Origin: a virus
Lineage: Duplodnaviria > Caudoviricetes
Length of the DNA stretch: 64,000 nucleotides
Reading direction: 5' to 3' (one strand)
IMG/VR virus record: IMGVR_UViG_3300026077_000001
A model generated the notes under the pieces. It was not told the DNA's origin and did no database searches. It saw only the letters and a program-made list of their open reading frames with translations. Shown in pieces: positions 27,223 through 37,863 of the stretch. The position numbers and the translations under genes are program-made. The first letter of the stretch is position 1. Each line of letters begins with the position of its first letter.

Positions 27223-28548
27223 GTGGGAACCAAAAGAATTTCACAATTAGACACTCTAGCAGATGGTGTGTTAACAGGGGAAGCAGTTCTTCCTGTTGTT
27301 ATTTCCGATCCACTGATTCCTAACCGTAAGGCAAAGATTAATCAGATCTTTAAAGGAGTTGGTGCAGGAAGTCAATCACAGCCAGGATTATGCTTTGACT
27401 TGGATAGGGACACAGGACTCTATCAAGACGCATATAACGAGTTAGGTCTTGCTTTCGGTACATCAAGTATGTACTATAAGAAGCAAGATAATGCTGATGG
27501 TTCTGCTACGATTAGATTCATTGCAGGTGACACAACGTCATCTAATGTAAACATTGATATGAGACCACAGGGTTCTGGTAAGTTCCTTGTAAATGGTCCT
27601 GCAGAATTCCAAGATACAAACTTCTTCCTTGCTGACGATCAGAACCCTGATAAGAAAGCTAAGTTTGAAATCTCTGGTGTATCAACTGGAGCTGGAATTA
27701 GATCGTTCGCTTTACCAAGTACAGGTAGTTTCACTTCTACAACTCTGTTAGGTAACGATACCGCACAGACTATTAGTAATAAGACTATCATCATTCAAGA
27801 CGGTAACCTACAGATTGTTGGTTCATCTAATTCTGGTAAGATAGCATTATTTGAGACTGACTCGTGGGAAGCACCTGTTACACACATATACAGACTACCT
27901 GACTATGGTACTTCAGCAGCACAGTCAACACTGATTGATACTATTACTGAACAAAATATTAGTAATAAAAACCTTATCAATCCTTCGATATCTAATATTG
28001 AGTCTGGTGATCCTAATAACCCAACACCACAGGTTACATTTGTCTCACCTGATGTAACGTCTGATCGTATAGTTACTTGGCCTGATCAATCATTAACAGT
28101 TGCAGGTACTGGAGCTACACAGACATTTACTAACAAAGATTACGCTGATCCTCGGTTCGCTGATGGTACTGATATTAGTAAGCGTATTCAGTTTGATTTA
28201 AGTAATCAGTCTGGTGCTACAATACTTCGTTATGAATTCCCAAGTGCGAACCTTAATGTTCCTATTTCGGATAATAATATAGTTGTAACGACAAAAGCAA
28301 CTCAGGTATTTGAGGGTAAATCTGCAAAAGAATTTATCCTTATTGATGCTACTAATGACCAAAACCAAGTTAGATTGGTCATAGATAATATAACAGGAAC
28401 GAGATCAATTAAGTTCCCAGATGCAGACGCTACTCTGTTATCTACTGAAAACGTTGGAACACTAGGTGTTAGCTTTGGTGGACCAATTTCTGCTCCTGAC
28501 TTTGGTGGCAGACTAAGACTTCAAAATCACTTCGTAGGACTCTGGTAA
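27223..28548 (+). CDS. Virion structural / fibre-associated protein
   Basis: Repeated beta motifs (T.D.....T.QT..NK); late promoter. Confidence 0.65.
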   Translation: MGTKRISQLDTLADGVLTGEAVLPVVISDPLIPNRKAKINQIFKGVGAGSQSQPGLCFDLDRDTGLYQDAYNELGLAFGTSSMYYKKQDNADGSATIRFIAGDTTSSNVNIDMRPQGSGKFLVNGPAEFQDTNFFLADDQNPDKKAKFEISGVSTGAGIRSFALPSTGSFTSTTLLGNDTAQTISNKTIIIQDGNLQIVGSSNSGKIALFETDSWEAPVTHIYRLPDYGTSAAQSTLIDTITEQNISNKNLINPSISNIESGDPNNPTPQVTFVSPDVTSDRIVTWPDQSLTVAGTGATQTFTNKDYADPRFADGTDISKRIQFDLSNQSGATILRYEFPSANLNVPISDNNIVVTTKATQVFEGKSAKEFILIDATNDQNQVRLVIDNITGTRSIKFPDADATLLSTENVGTLGVSFGGPISAPDFGGRLRLQNHFVGLW

Positions 28549-28552
28549 AACA

Positions 28553-30448
28553 ATGACAGCAGGAATCTTAGCTGCACTATCCCCCGCAGCAACCACAGCA
28601 TCAGTCCTTTATTCTACTTCATCGTCACATACTGCATCGTCAGTACTGACTGTGGCAGAGAGAGGAAATAGTGCTGCAACATATCGTGTCGGTCATAAAG
28701 ACTACACACAGAAATTAACGATGGATGCCAATACGTATGCATTTAGACGTGGTAATCCAATTTCAACTTATAAGATGGAAATAAATCCTGGTATTAGTAG
28801 ACAAGACGCTACACCAGGTCTTTTAATAGGTTCAACAGACTTAGCAAAGAGTGCTTATATTCTGGATACTGTTGTTGAGACTGCAACTATCACGAACTAT
28901 GTAAAAGTTAAGAAGTGCACAAGTATACAGATTGATACGAACTCAGTTACTGGTACTTTCCAAGGTGGAGAGACACTTACTGGTGGAACTTCTGCTTTAA
29001 CTGCTACCTTTAGGGGATTAGGAACGTCATTAAACGTAGAAGTTGCTGATATTGCTTCAGGTGCTACATCACTTAAGTTTGTAGATGGTTTAGCATTACA
29101 AGGTAATCCTGGATATTTTGTATTATCAGACGGTATTACTGGATATACTCCTGAGATCATCCTAGCAGGTGCTGCTACTTTCTATTCAGGTACTACAGGT
29201 GGTGCTAACGTGGCTGTCACACGTGCACAATTTGGAACTACTGCTGCAGCACACCCATCAGGGCAACTGGTTTCAATTTACACAGATTCTGGTACAACAA
29301 CTACTATTAACGAAGGTGGTCAGTTTGCTGCTGGAGACACAACTCTAACTGTTACTGATGGTACTACTATAGTTACTGGTACTCACATCAGAGTTGGTAA
29401 CGAAGTTATGCTTGCTACTGGTGTTACTGGTAATGACGTAACAGTCACACGTGGTGTATGGGGTACAACTGATGCAGCACATAATGATGGATCTACTGTT
29501 ACTCCTATGGTACAGGGTTCACAAGCATTGGTTGAGTGGTTCGATACTTCTGAGACCTTAACTGGTGGTACTACAAACGCAACTGCTACTACTCAGTTTA
29601 CTGCTACTTCAAGTGCAGTATATACAACTCAGTTTACTTGGGGTACTGTTGCTGGACGTGAGACAGTTCCATCTCAATTTAGTATGGATGTTGATCGTAC
29701 CTATCTCTTTGATCAGTCCGACTCATCTAATACAGGTTTACCATTAAGATTCTCTGATACTCAGGAGGGTACAGGTGCTACACCTACTGCTGGTACTGAA
29801 TATACAACTGGTGTAACTAAAGCAGGTACTGCAGGTACTGACGGAACGATTGAAATTATTCCAACAGTTAACACACCCGATCCTCTGTATTACTATGCTG
29901 AAGGTACAGTATCAGCAGCACCTGATACACAGTATTCAAGTGGTATTAACATAGTTACTGATCCTCAGTTTACTGAACTTTATCTTTATGATGTAGATGG
30001 TACTTGGGTTACTGGTGATACATTCCAAATTGGTACTGCTACACAAACAGTTGGTACTGTAACTGGTGGTAAGTATGGTTGGGTCTCTGCTTGGTCAGGA
30101 TCTGATCTATATGTGACACTTGGAACTGGATCTGCAGCATTTGCAGGATCTGATGTCTTTGTGGATACACCACGTGGACAGGGTGCTGATAGAGCAAATG
30201 CAACTGTCTCTAGTGTAACTGCTGCAACTGATCTTGAAACAAAAGATTATATTTACTATGATGTTGCTATTAGTGCAAATAGTACTAATGAGCATAAAGG
30301 TCTAGTAGTTGGACCTAATTCACACCTTATTGTTTATGCTTCTTCAGCTAATCTATCGTTCCAAGTCAATGGATTTGCGAACACTGTATCTGATTGGGAA
30401 GCACAACAGTACAATCAAACAACAGGATCAGCTGGCGGTGGAGCTTAA
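28553..30448 (+). CDS. Virion structural protein
   Basis: Thr/Gly-rich repeats (VTRGVWGTTDAAH), YLFDQSDSSNTG module, HKGLVVG C-terminus. Confidence 0.65.
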   Translation: MTAGILAALSPAATTASVLYSTSSSHTASSVLTVAERGNSAATYRVGHKDYTQKLTMDANTYAFRRGNPISTYKMEINPGISRQDATPGLLIGSTDLAKSAYILDTVVETATITNYVKVKKCTSIQIDTNSVTGTFQGGETLTGGTSALTATFRGLGTSLNVEVADIASGATSLKFVDGLALQGNPGYFVLSDGITGYTPEIILAGAATFYSGTTGGANVAVTRAQFGTTAAAHPSGQLVSIYTDSGTTTTINEGGQFAAGDTTLTVTDGTTIVTGTHIRVGNEVMLATGVTGNDVTVTRGVWGTTDAAHNDGSTVTPMVQGSQALVEWFDTSETLTGGTTNATATTQFTATSSAVYTTQFTWGTVAGRETVPSQFSMDVDRTYLFDQSDSSNTGLPLRFSDTQEGTGATPTAGTEYTTGVTKAGTAGTDGTIEIIPTVNTPDPLYYYAEGTVSAAPDTQYSSGINIVTDPQFTELYLYDVDGTWVTGDTFQIGTATQTVGTVTGGKYGWVSAWSGSDLYVTLGTGSAAFAGSDVFVDTPRGQGADRANATVSSVTAATDLETKDYIYYDVAISANSTNEHKGLVVGPNSHLIVYASSANLSFQVNGFANTVSDWEAQQYNQTTGSAGGGA

Positions 30449-30489
30449 TCCCTGATGACAACTAAATAAACATAAGAGGATCAGAGTAA

Positions 30490-33400
30490 ATGGCACTAAC
30501 CCGTCTAAAGAATATCATTACGTCGAGGACTGGTCGTATTATATACGTCAACCCCGACGACTTTGACGCATCAGATGCATATGATAACCGAGGTAACTCG
30601 GCACTACGTCCATTCAAGACATTGCAGAGGGCATTTCTTGAAGTGGCTAGATTCTCTTATCGTGTTGGTCTAAGTAATGACGAATTTGACGCATTCAGTA
30701 TATACCTATATCCCTCTGAATATGTTCTAGATAACAGACCAGGCACAAACTTATATTCTGAGATCACACCGTTTGATGAAAATACTAACTTTGATCTTAC
30801 TTCTCCTAACAATATCCTATACAAATTCAATTCAACTCGTGGTGGCATCGTAGTCCCTAGGGGTTGTTCTGTTGTAGGATCTGACCTTAGAAGAACTAAG
30901 ATCATTCCGAAGTACGTACCATATCCAACACTACAAGCATCCCTAGGTATTACCTCAAGTAATGAACCATCTGCGTCTGCTATATTCAGACTCACTGGTG
31001 GATGTTATTTCTGGCAGATGTCATTTTTTGATGGTGACAACAATGGAGTTTACTACCGTTCTGACGTTGTAGATACTATTGCTCCTAACTTCTCACATCA
31101 TAAACTAACCTGCTTTGAGTACGCTAATAATGATGACCTAGAATTATACTATCAGAAGATATCTAAGGCATACGCAACTATTCCTGATACTTCTGGAACT
31201 ATCGCTCAAGACCAATTACAGGCAAGAGTCGAAGAAAACAGAATCGTTGGTCCGATCTCTGATGAATTTAGAGTTTCTCAAATCATCAGAAATGGTCAGA
31301 CTGCAACCGCATTTACTGTTGACATTCAGGATAACCCAAGCAACCACGGATTCTCTGTTGGTGTTGCTGTTAATATTTCTGGTGTCACAGGACCAACTGA
31401 GACAGACTCCAATTTGTATAATGGTTCGTTCCTTGTCACGTCAGCACAAGGTAACCAGTTTACTTATCAGATGTCAGCAGAACCAAGTGGTAATGCTATA
31501 GGATCTAACGTACTGGTTAAAGTTGAGATTGATACAGTTGACTCAGCTTCACCTTACGTGTTTAACAACTCCTTACGATCTGTATGGGGTATAAATGGTA
31601 TGCACGCTGATGGTGCTGAATCCACTGGTTTCAAATCAATGGTTGTTGCTCAGTTCACTGGCATATCGCTACAGAAAGATGACAGAGCATTCGTACTATA
31701 CAACCCGTCCACTGGAAACTACGAAGCACAAGCTTCGGGATCTGGTGCACACATTAACGGACTATGTAAATACCGTAAAGGTTGGAGACATAGACACATC
31801 TACGCAAGTAACGACGCATTCATCCAGGTCGTCTCGGTGTTCGCTGTCGGATTCGGAGATCATTTCTTCTCTGACTCAGGAGGAGACCTCTCGATTACCA
31901 ACTCGAACTCAAACTTTGGTAACACTTCTCTCCGATCTAAAGGCTTTAAAGCAGCGTCATTCACGAAAGATAAGGCAGGACAATTAACACATATAATTCC
32001 ACCCAAGAGTATAGAAGATATTCCTGCAATTTCAATTAACTGGGTAACATTTGATATTGCTAAGATAAGAGCAGCAGCAGACCCAACTAAGTTATATCTC
32101 TATGGTTATACCAATGAGAATGCAAAACCACCTAGTAAGATTCAGGGTTATACAGTTGGTGCTAGAAAAGATGGACCAACAACTCCTGATGAGATTAACG
32201 TACTGTTGATTGCTTCAGGTGCACAGCAACCAACAACTCATACTGCAAAGATTGATCCATCAGGACCTGACGTTACAGGTTCATTACCTGGTTCAGATGA
32301 GTCACCTATCAAGTATGATACTAACCAGTCAAACTGGTATCTACAAGTTGATTCTACTAATAATGACATCTATACAACTCTTATTGCTAACTCACAGTAT
32401 CAGAACCTAGGATTTACTCCTACTTCATTCATTAGAAGAATACCTGATGCAAGAGACCTTAAAGATAGAATCTACAGATTTAGATACGTACTGGACAAGG
32501 ATGCGTTCCCGATTCCTAGAGAACCCATTACTGGTTTCGTATTACAACCTAGATCTTCAGAGACTAACTCACCTTCATATGATAAGACATACTACATCTA
32601 TGAAGTAGAAATATTCCAGACATTTGAACGTGGTGTTGCTGACGGTATCTATTACCTCTCAGTTCTTAATGCTTCAGTATCTCCTGCAACATCAAACTTT
32701 GATGACTTTGCATTCTCACAGTATGCTGTAGACATTTATCCTACATTTGACAGAGATAACCCAGTTGCTGACCCAGCACCTGCCGTTTCTGTTGCTGATA
32801 ATGATATTCTTGGTAAGGTTACCACAACTGACGGTGCACAACCACAACCTAATGAAGATACTAAACTATCAATTAGTAAGGAGACTGCACAGTTCTTCCT
32901 ATTAGAACAAGAGAACAACTTAGGATATAACACTACTTCTAATACATTGAATGCTGTTGTTGTTACTGCACGTTTAGGTGATGAGGAAGAAAGAAAGATT
33001 CCACTCAAACTAAACGCTGACAACTCTGTTGCTCCATTGCTGATTGAGTTACGAAGATACTCTATCCTTAGAGCATCAGGTCACACGTTTGAATACCTTG
33101 GTTTTGGTCCAGGTAACTACAGTACAGCATTCCCATCTACACAGGTGGAAGTTCTATCACCCACACAGGTCAGACTGTCACAGTCATTGAAGGAAGCAGC
33201 AGGTGTTGCTTACTACTCTGGTGTTAACAGTGATGGTGAACTATATGTTGGTAACCAGGTTATTAACCCGATTACTGGTCAGATCACCAATGAAGATATT
33301 GCACAGTTGAATGTTGTTGGTGAAGAAGGAACTACAATTCAGACATTCTCTGAGGTTGTTCTTACTGATAAACTAACCGTAATTGGTGGTGCATCTAACC

Positions 33401-34065
33401 AACTTGAGTCTGTATTCTCAGGTCCAGTGACTTTCCAGAAGAGAATCAATGCTCAGGAAAATATTCAGACAATAAAATTGACGTATGCCAACGATGATGG
33501 AACTGTACTAAAGCAGAACTTCCTTGCAGAAGATGATGGCACAGGTCAACCAGATATTGATTCGACATTAGCATTTAATGATGGCGATATTATCTATAAC
33601 ATTGACTGGCAAGCTGGTGATTCATTAGGTTGGATTTACGAGACAGGTATATGGTATAAGTTCGGTCTAACCGATACTACACCTATAACTGCACGTAGAT
33701 TCTCTGGTGTTACAAATTATGGTATTGGTATGGCACCTGACGCATCCAACAGGATGAAGATTGCAGGTAACACTTATATTAATGGTAACCTAGATGTTAC
33801 TGGTAGATACGGTTGTCAAGATAAATACACTCTTGCAACGGGTATTGCTAACAATAACAACGGGGTTGTATATAATGGAAACGGATCCACTACTGGATTC
33901 GCTATTTCTCCTGGACACACATCATATTCAGTGATAGTGTTCAATAATGGTGTTTGTCAGATTCCTGGTGTTGATTATCAGGTATCAGGTAACGCAGTTG
34001 ACTTTAGTATTTCGACCCCACCTGCTACAGGGTCGGTGATCCATATAAGAGAGATGGTTATCTAA
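30490..34065 (+). CDS. Large tail-fibre/structural protein
   Basis: MALTRLKNIITSRTGRIIYVNPDDFDASD...RPFKTLQRA N-terminus typical of cyanomyoviruses; beta-helix-like body. Confidence 0.75.
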   Translation: MALTRLKNIITSRTGRIIYVNPDDFDASDAYDNRGNSALRPFKTLQRAFLEVARFSYRVGLSNDEFDAFSIYLYPSEYVLDNRPGTNLYSEITPFDENTNFDLTSPNNILYKFNSTRGGIVVPRGCSVVGSDLRRTKIIPKYVPYPTLQASLGITSSNEPSASAIFRLTGGCYFWQMSFFDGDNNGVYYRSDVVDTIAPNFSHHKLTCFEYANNDDLELYYQKISKAYATIPDTSGTIAQDQLQARVEENRIVGPISDEFRVSQIIRNGQTATAFTVDIQDNPSNHGFSVGVAVNISGVTGPTETDSNLYNGSFLVTSAQGNQFTYQMSAEPSGNAIGSNVLVKVEIDTVDSASPYVFNNSLRSVWGINGMHADGAESTGFKSMVVAQFTGISLQKDDRAFVLYNPSTGNYEAQASGSGAHINGLCKYRKGWRHRHIYASNDAFIQVVSVFAVGFGDHFFSDSGGDLSITNSNSNFGNTSLRSKGFKAASFTKDKAGQLTHIIPPKSIEDIPAISINWVTFDIAKIRAAADPTKLYLYGYTNENAKPPSKIQGYTVGARKDGPTTPDEINVLLIASGAQQPTTHTAKIDPSGPDVTGSLPGSDESPIKYDTNQSNWYLQVDSTNNDIYTTLIANSQYQNLGFTPTSFIRRIPDARDLKDRIYRFRYVLDKDAFPIPREPITGFVLQPRSSETNSPSYDKTYYIYEVEIFQTFERGVADGIYYLSVLNASVSPATSNFDDFAFSQYAVDIYPTFDRDNPVADPAPAVSVADNDILGKVTTTDGAQPQPNEDTKLSISKETAQFFLLEQENNLGYNTTSNTLNAVVVTARLGDEEERKIPLKLNADNSVAPLLIELRRYSILRASGHTFEYLGFGPGNYSTAFPSTQVEVLSPTQVRLSQSLKEAAGVAYYSGVNSDGELYVGNQVINPITGQITNEDIAQLNVVGEEGTTIQTFSEVVLTDKLTVIGGASNQLESVFSGPVTFQKRINAQENIQTIKLTYANDDGTVLKQNFLAEDDGTGQPDIDSTLAFNDGDIIYNIDWQAGDSLGWIYETGIWYKFGLTDTTPITARRFSGVTNYGIGMAPDASNRMKIAGNTYINGNLDVTGRYGCQDKYTLATGIANNNNGVVYNGNGSTTGFAISPGHTSYSVIVFNNGVCQIPGVDYQVSGNAVDFSISTPPATGSVIHIREMVI

Positions 34066-34096
34066 ATAGTTAACAAAGAGGGGAGGTTAGTCTAGT

Positions 34097-34951
34097 ATGT
34101 CTACCCAGATTAATGGTAATAATATTCAAGCAACAACTAGAGGTCTAGTTGAAGCGTGGAGCATTACCGAACAACTTAATTTACCAAATCTGAACCAAGC
34201 ACAAGTAACTGCTTTAGGTACTCCTGCTTTTGGTACTTTGGTGTATAACAGCACCGAAGATATGGCACAGATATACAAACAAGATGCTAACCAAGGTAAC
34301 CCAGGTTGGACAGACGTTGGTGGAGGTGGTCCTGCTCTTGGTGAAGGAAGTATAATTAGAACGAACGGTACAACAATACAAGAAAATATAACCATTGGTC
34401 CTATAGCGAACGGTGGTGTAGAATTTACAAACGGTTTTACTGCTGGTCCTGTAGAAATTGCTTCAGGATGGACAGTTACTATTGAAAACACCGCATCTTG
34501 GACATTACTTGGAGACGACGACCTGTCATATGCTCACTTTGTTGATATTGAATCACAACATATTACTTCAACTGGTAGGTTACACTTTGAAGAAACTTCA
34601 GAGCGTATCTACTACTATACAACAAGTGGAAGTATAACTCACGACTATAATAATGGTAACTCTATTTGGGTAAATAAGAACGGTGGAGGTAACTGGACAT
34701 TATCTTTAAACAATGTTCCTACTGATGGTGCACACGGATATGGTATTACGGTTGCTGTATATGAAGTAGGTGGGTCTGGTATTCCATCATCCATTAATAT
34801 TAATGGACAGAGTACTAACATCCAGTGGATAGGTGGATCAGCTCCATCACACGATGAGAAATGGTGCGTAGTATCATTTGCTTTGGTAAATACACCTAAT
34901 ACTTCTCAACACGCATTCACTGTATTTGGGTCTGGATCTAATTACGCATAA
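34097..34951 (+). CDS. Tail-fibre-like protein
   Basis: CTAAATA late box at about 34062; fibre-tip-like C-terminal domain. Confidence 0.6.
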   Translation: MSTQINGNNIQATTRGLVEAWSITEQLNLPNLNQAQVTALGTPAFGTLVYNSTEDMAQIYKQDANQGNPGWTDVGGGGPALGEGSIIRTNGTTIQENITIGPIANGGVEFTNGFTAGPVEIASGWTVTIENTASWTLLGDDDLSYAHFVDIESQHITSTGRLHFEETSERIYYYTTSGSITHDYNNGNSIWVNKNGGGNWTLSLNNVPTDGAHGYGITVAVYEVGGSGIPSSININGQSTNIQWIGGSAPSHDEKWCVVSFALVNTPNTSQHAFTVFGSGSNYA

Positions 34952-34953
34952 TT

Positions 34954-35928
34954 ATGTCAACACAAATTGGTTATTCAGGGTTATTAAATAACTTTAGTCA
35001 TTCACTAGGATCCAGAGGACCTGGAGGTGGTGGTGGAATGGAGAAGGTGACTGCTGACGATAATGGATCAGTATTTAATACATCACAGTTTGGTAAACAA
35101 CTAAGATGTCACAGGTTTCAGGGTAGTGGAGATAATAGTCTTTATATAAGAACAGGTACAGGTAACTATATTTGGGTTTGGGCTTGGGGTGCTGCTGGTG
35201 GAAATGGTGGACAAGGTGGTCAGCACGGTGGTTCAGGTGGTGCTGCATATGCCAAACTTGTTTTACAACAAGGATGGGTAGAGTCAGCTCGCTTCCGAGC
35301 ATACGTCGGAGGTGGCGGAGGTGGCGGTGGAGGCTGCTTCGGATGTTGGGGTGGTGGAGGAGAAGGTAATAACGGATCTGGTTATGGTTCAGGTGGACGT
35401 GGCACACACGCTTCTTGTAGTGGATGCTCTGCAGGTGGTGGAGGTGGTGGAGCAGCAAGTATGTTCTTCTCACCTTGGGGTGTAAATTTAAGTCAAGGCA
35501 ATATCCTGTTGGTAGCAGCAGGTGGTGGCGGGGGCGGTGGACGTGAAGGATGCTCTTCTGCAGGTCGTGGTGGAGCAGGTGGACAGAGAGGAGAGAACGG
35601 ACAGTGTGGTTCCCAAGGTGGTGCTGCAGGTGGTAACGGAGATACTAATGGAGATGAGTGTGGAAGACCAGGTAATGACGCTTCTGGAGGAGGAGGCGGT
35701 GGAGGCGGTTGGAACGCAGGTAATTGTGGATCAAACCCAGGCTGTGACTGTAATGGTGCTGCTGGTGGGGGTGGTGGAAACAACTGGTCAGGTTCTAACT
35801 ATGCTGAAGAAACCGAAACTTGGTCTGGTTCATATGGAAACGGTGGAAACTGGGGACATTGGGCAAGAAACGGTGCAGGTGCATATAATGGTGGAACAGG
35901 AAACATTACCGTATGTTATGAATTGTAA
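34954..35928 (+). CDS. Polyglycine-rich adhesin-like protein
   Basis: WGAAGGNGG, many GGGGG runs interspersed with Cys. Confidence 0.7.
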   Translation: MSTQIGYSGLLNNFSHSLGSRGPGGGGGMEKVTADDNGSVFNTSQFGKQLRCHRFQGSGDNSLYIRTGTGNYIWVWAWGAAGGNGGQGGQHGGSGGAAYAKLVLQQGWVESARFRAYVGGGGGGGGGCFGCWGGGGEGNNGSGYGSGGRGTHASCSGCSAGGGGGGAASMFFSPWGVNLSQGNILLVAAGGGGGGGREGCSSAGRGGAGGQRGENGQCGSQGGAAGGNGDTNGDECGRPGNDASGGGGGGGGWNAGNCGSNPGCDCNGAAGGGGGNNWSGSNYAEETETWSGSYGNGGNWGHWARNGAGAYNGGTGNITVCYEL

Positions 35929-35930
35929 TT

Positions 35931-36485
35931 ATGGAACAAATTAGTAACCCAAGAATAACGGATCCTAATGATCCAAGACCAGCTGATGAAAACATTCAAG
36001 CAGTTGAGTATAATGAAGCAACAGTAGTATTTGATGTTGCTAAGAAGACTGTAGAATCTTCAGGATTTCAGACATTAAAATCTTATGACCCTAATCTTAA
36101 GATGAGTGTCAGAAAGAATGGTGAGTATAAACTTTACTTCAAAGACCTAGAGATGTATGTGTGTATCAGCAAAGGAAACGATACACCACTGTATGAGATG
36201 AAGTATGATCAAATCATATGTACAGATTGTCCTTGGTTTGAGAACTTATCATTCCCTAGACTTGACCCTGATACTGACTACATAGTACAGGCTTATGTTA
36301 AGGAAGATGGTGTCACTTTAACATTTAAAGAGACATTTCAAGTAACATCTTGGGAGGATACTTCTAGTCGTAGAGATTATCCTGCTAATAAAGTTCATTA
36401 TCATCCAGGTTATTACCCTGATGATGAACAATGGAATAGAGATCAACCATATCTGGAGACAGATGAGGTTAGACCAACTCCATAA
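35931..36485 (+). CDS. Hypothetical protein (fibre-associated)
   Basis: 184-aa ORF in the fibre operon. Confidence 0.6.
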   Translation: MEQISNPRITDPNDPRPADENIQAVEYNEATVVFDVAKKTVESSGFQTLKSYDPNLKMSVRKNGEYKLYFKDLEMYVCISKGNDTPLYEMKYDQIICTDCPWFENLSFPRLDPDTDYIVQAYVKEDGVTLTFKETFQVTSWEDTSSRRDYPANKVHYHPGYYPDDEQWNRDQPYLETDEVRPTP

Positions 36486-36488
36486 ACA

Positions 36489-36496
36489 TATAAATA
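36489..36496 (+). promoter_or_regulatory. T4 late promoter
   Basis: TATAAATA upstream of 36523 and the halogenase/oxygenase run. Confidence 0.75.
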
Positions 36497-36522
36497 GATT
36501 TGAGGAAAACTAAACAGGTAAA

Positions 36523-37323
36523 ATGAGTACACTTAAAGTTGCATCTATTAGAGACCTGTCAGGCATCGGTGGATTTACCCTAGCGTCTGGTAATATTACT
36601 GCGAACGGAACTTTAACCGTCAGTAATTTGACCGTGAACGGAACTATGTCAGGTTCGTCTGGTCAGATCGTACCTAGTGTCTCTGGACAGTCTGGAAAGT
36701 TTCTAACTAACAATGGTTCTTCTATGTCTTGGACATCAGTAAGTTCCGAAAACATTTATAATATGCAAGTATGGACAGGAGGGGGAACCTGGAACCGTCC
36801 ATCAGGTGTTAAATACATCCACGTACGCTGCAATGGTGGAGGTGGTGGTGGTGCTGGACACGGAGAGTCTGGTGGTGCTGGTGGATATTCTGAGCGTGTA
36901 ATGAGCGTCGAAAACATTTCTTCAGTTGGTATTTCTATCGGTGGCGGTGGAGGAGGTACTTGGTACTTCAACCGTGGTGGTGACGGAGGATCCTCATCCT
37001 TTGGACCTTACCTATCTGCTGGTGGTGGACACGGTGCTGCACGTAACAACTCTCACTCAGGTGGACTCGGCAGACAGGGTTCTGGCGGTGACCTGAATAT
37101 CTGGGGTGGTGGTGGACAATCACACGCTGCTCACGGTGGTGGAACTGGTGGACCTTCTCACTTTGGAGGATCAGTTGCTGCTGGTTGGCCAAATGGAGGA
37201 AACTTCTCACACAATCACCAAGATCACGCTGCATATGGTGCTGGTGGATCTGGTGGACACTTTGGTTCTTTCCGTGGTTCTGAAGGTAAGCACGGTGTTA
37301 TTACTGTTATTAACTACAAATAG
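36523..37323 (+). CDS. Glycine-rich tail-fibre protein
   Basis: MSTLKVASI N-terminus; TWNRPSGVKYIHVRCNGGGGGG glycine-rich domain. Confidence 0.75.
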   Translation: MSTLKVASIRDLSGIGGFTLASGNITANGTLTVSNLTVNGTMSGSSGQIVPSVSGQSGKFLTNNGSSMSWTSVSSENIYNMQVWTGGGTWNRPSGVKYIHVRCNGGGGGGAGHGESGGAGGYSERVMSVENISSVGISIGGGGGGTWYFNRGGDGGSSSFGPYLSAGGGHGAARNNSHSGGLGRQGSGGDLNIWGGGGQSHAAHGGGTGGPSHFGGSVAAGWPNGGNFSHNHQDHAAYGAGGSGGHFGSFRGSEGKHGVITVINYK

Positions 37324-37332
37324 GGGTCACCA

Positions 37333-37857
37333 ATGAAGAAAGCATTAATGGATTTCAATGGATACGTGGCAGACGTAGTGGATCCTGGTGAAGAATATAC
37401 ATTATTCTTAGGTCGTGGATGTGCTCAGATGTGGGTGAATGCACCTGATGATGTATCAATCACTTGGACACTAGAATGGTCACCATCTGCCAATGATATG
37501 ATATGGGTTAAGCGTGTAGATACATATGCTGATCCTGCTACAACTCGTAGAGTTGCATATGGTGAGGTAGGTCAGCAATTAGATATGCTATACAAAGACA
37601 TCGCAGCAGGTAAAGATCTAGCAGCATCGGATGCTTTGTGGTATAATCACGTTAAGACAGTTAAAGAGAATACTCAAAGACCATCTGACGTAGAGGAACC
37701 AATGGATCCAGCTATGACAGAGGAAGAGATTCAAGAGTTTATGTCTGATATGGTTGAGCCATCAACGACAAGACCTGCTAAACTGTGTTCACAAGACAAT
37801 CCCTGTTGGGAGCGTTATTCAAATTGGGGTGGTTCTTACGTAGAAGCACCTGTATAA
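37333..37857 (+). CDS. Fibre-assembly-like hypothetical protein
   Basis: RRVAYGEVGQQLDMLYKD motif; follows the fibre gene. Confidence 0.55.
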   Translation: MKKALMDFNGYVADVVDPGEEYTLFLGRGCAQMWVNAPDDVSITWTLEWSPSANDMIWVKRVDTYADPATTRRVAYGEVGQQLDMLYKDIAAGKDLAASDALWYNHVKTVKENTQRPSDVEEPMDPAMTEEEIQEFMSDMVEPSTTRPAKLCSQDNPCWERYSNWGGSYVEAPV

Positions 37858-37863
37858 AATATT

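Noticed and set aside
35075-35944. Pro-rich and other alternative-frame ORFs (35493-35783 minus, 35075-35473 minus, 35172-35369, 35522-35944)
   Set aside because: Shadows of GGT/GGA glycine codons in the 34954 gene; no RBS or independent features.
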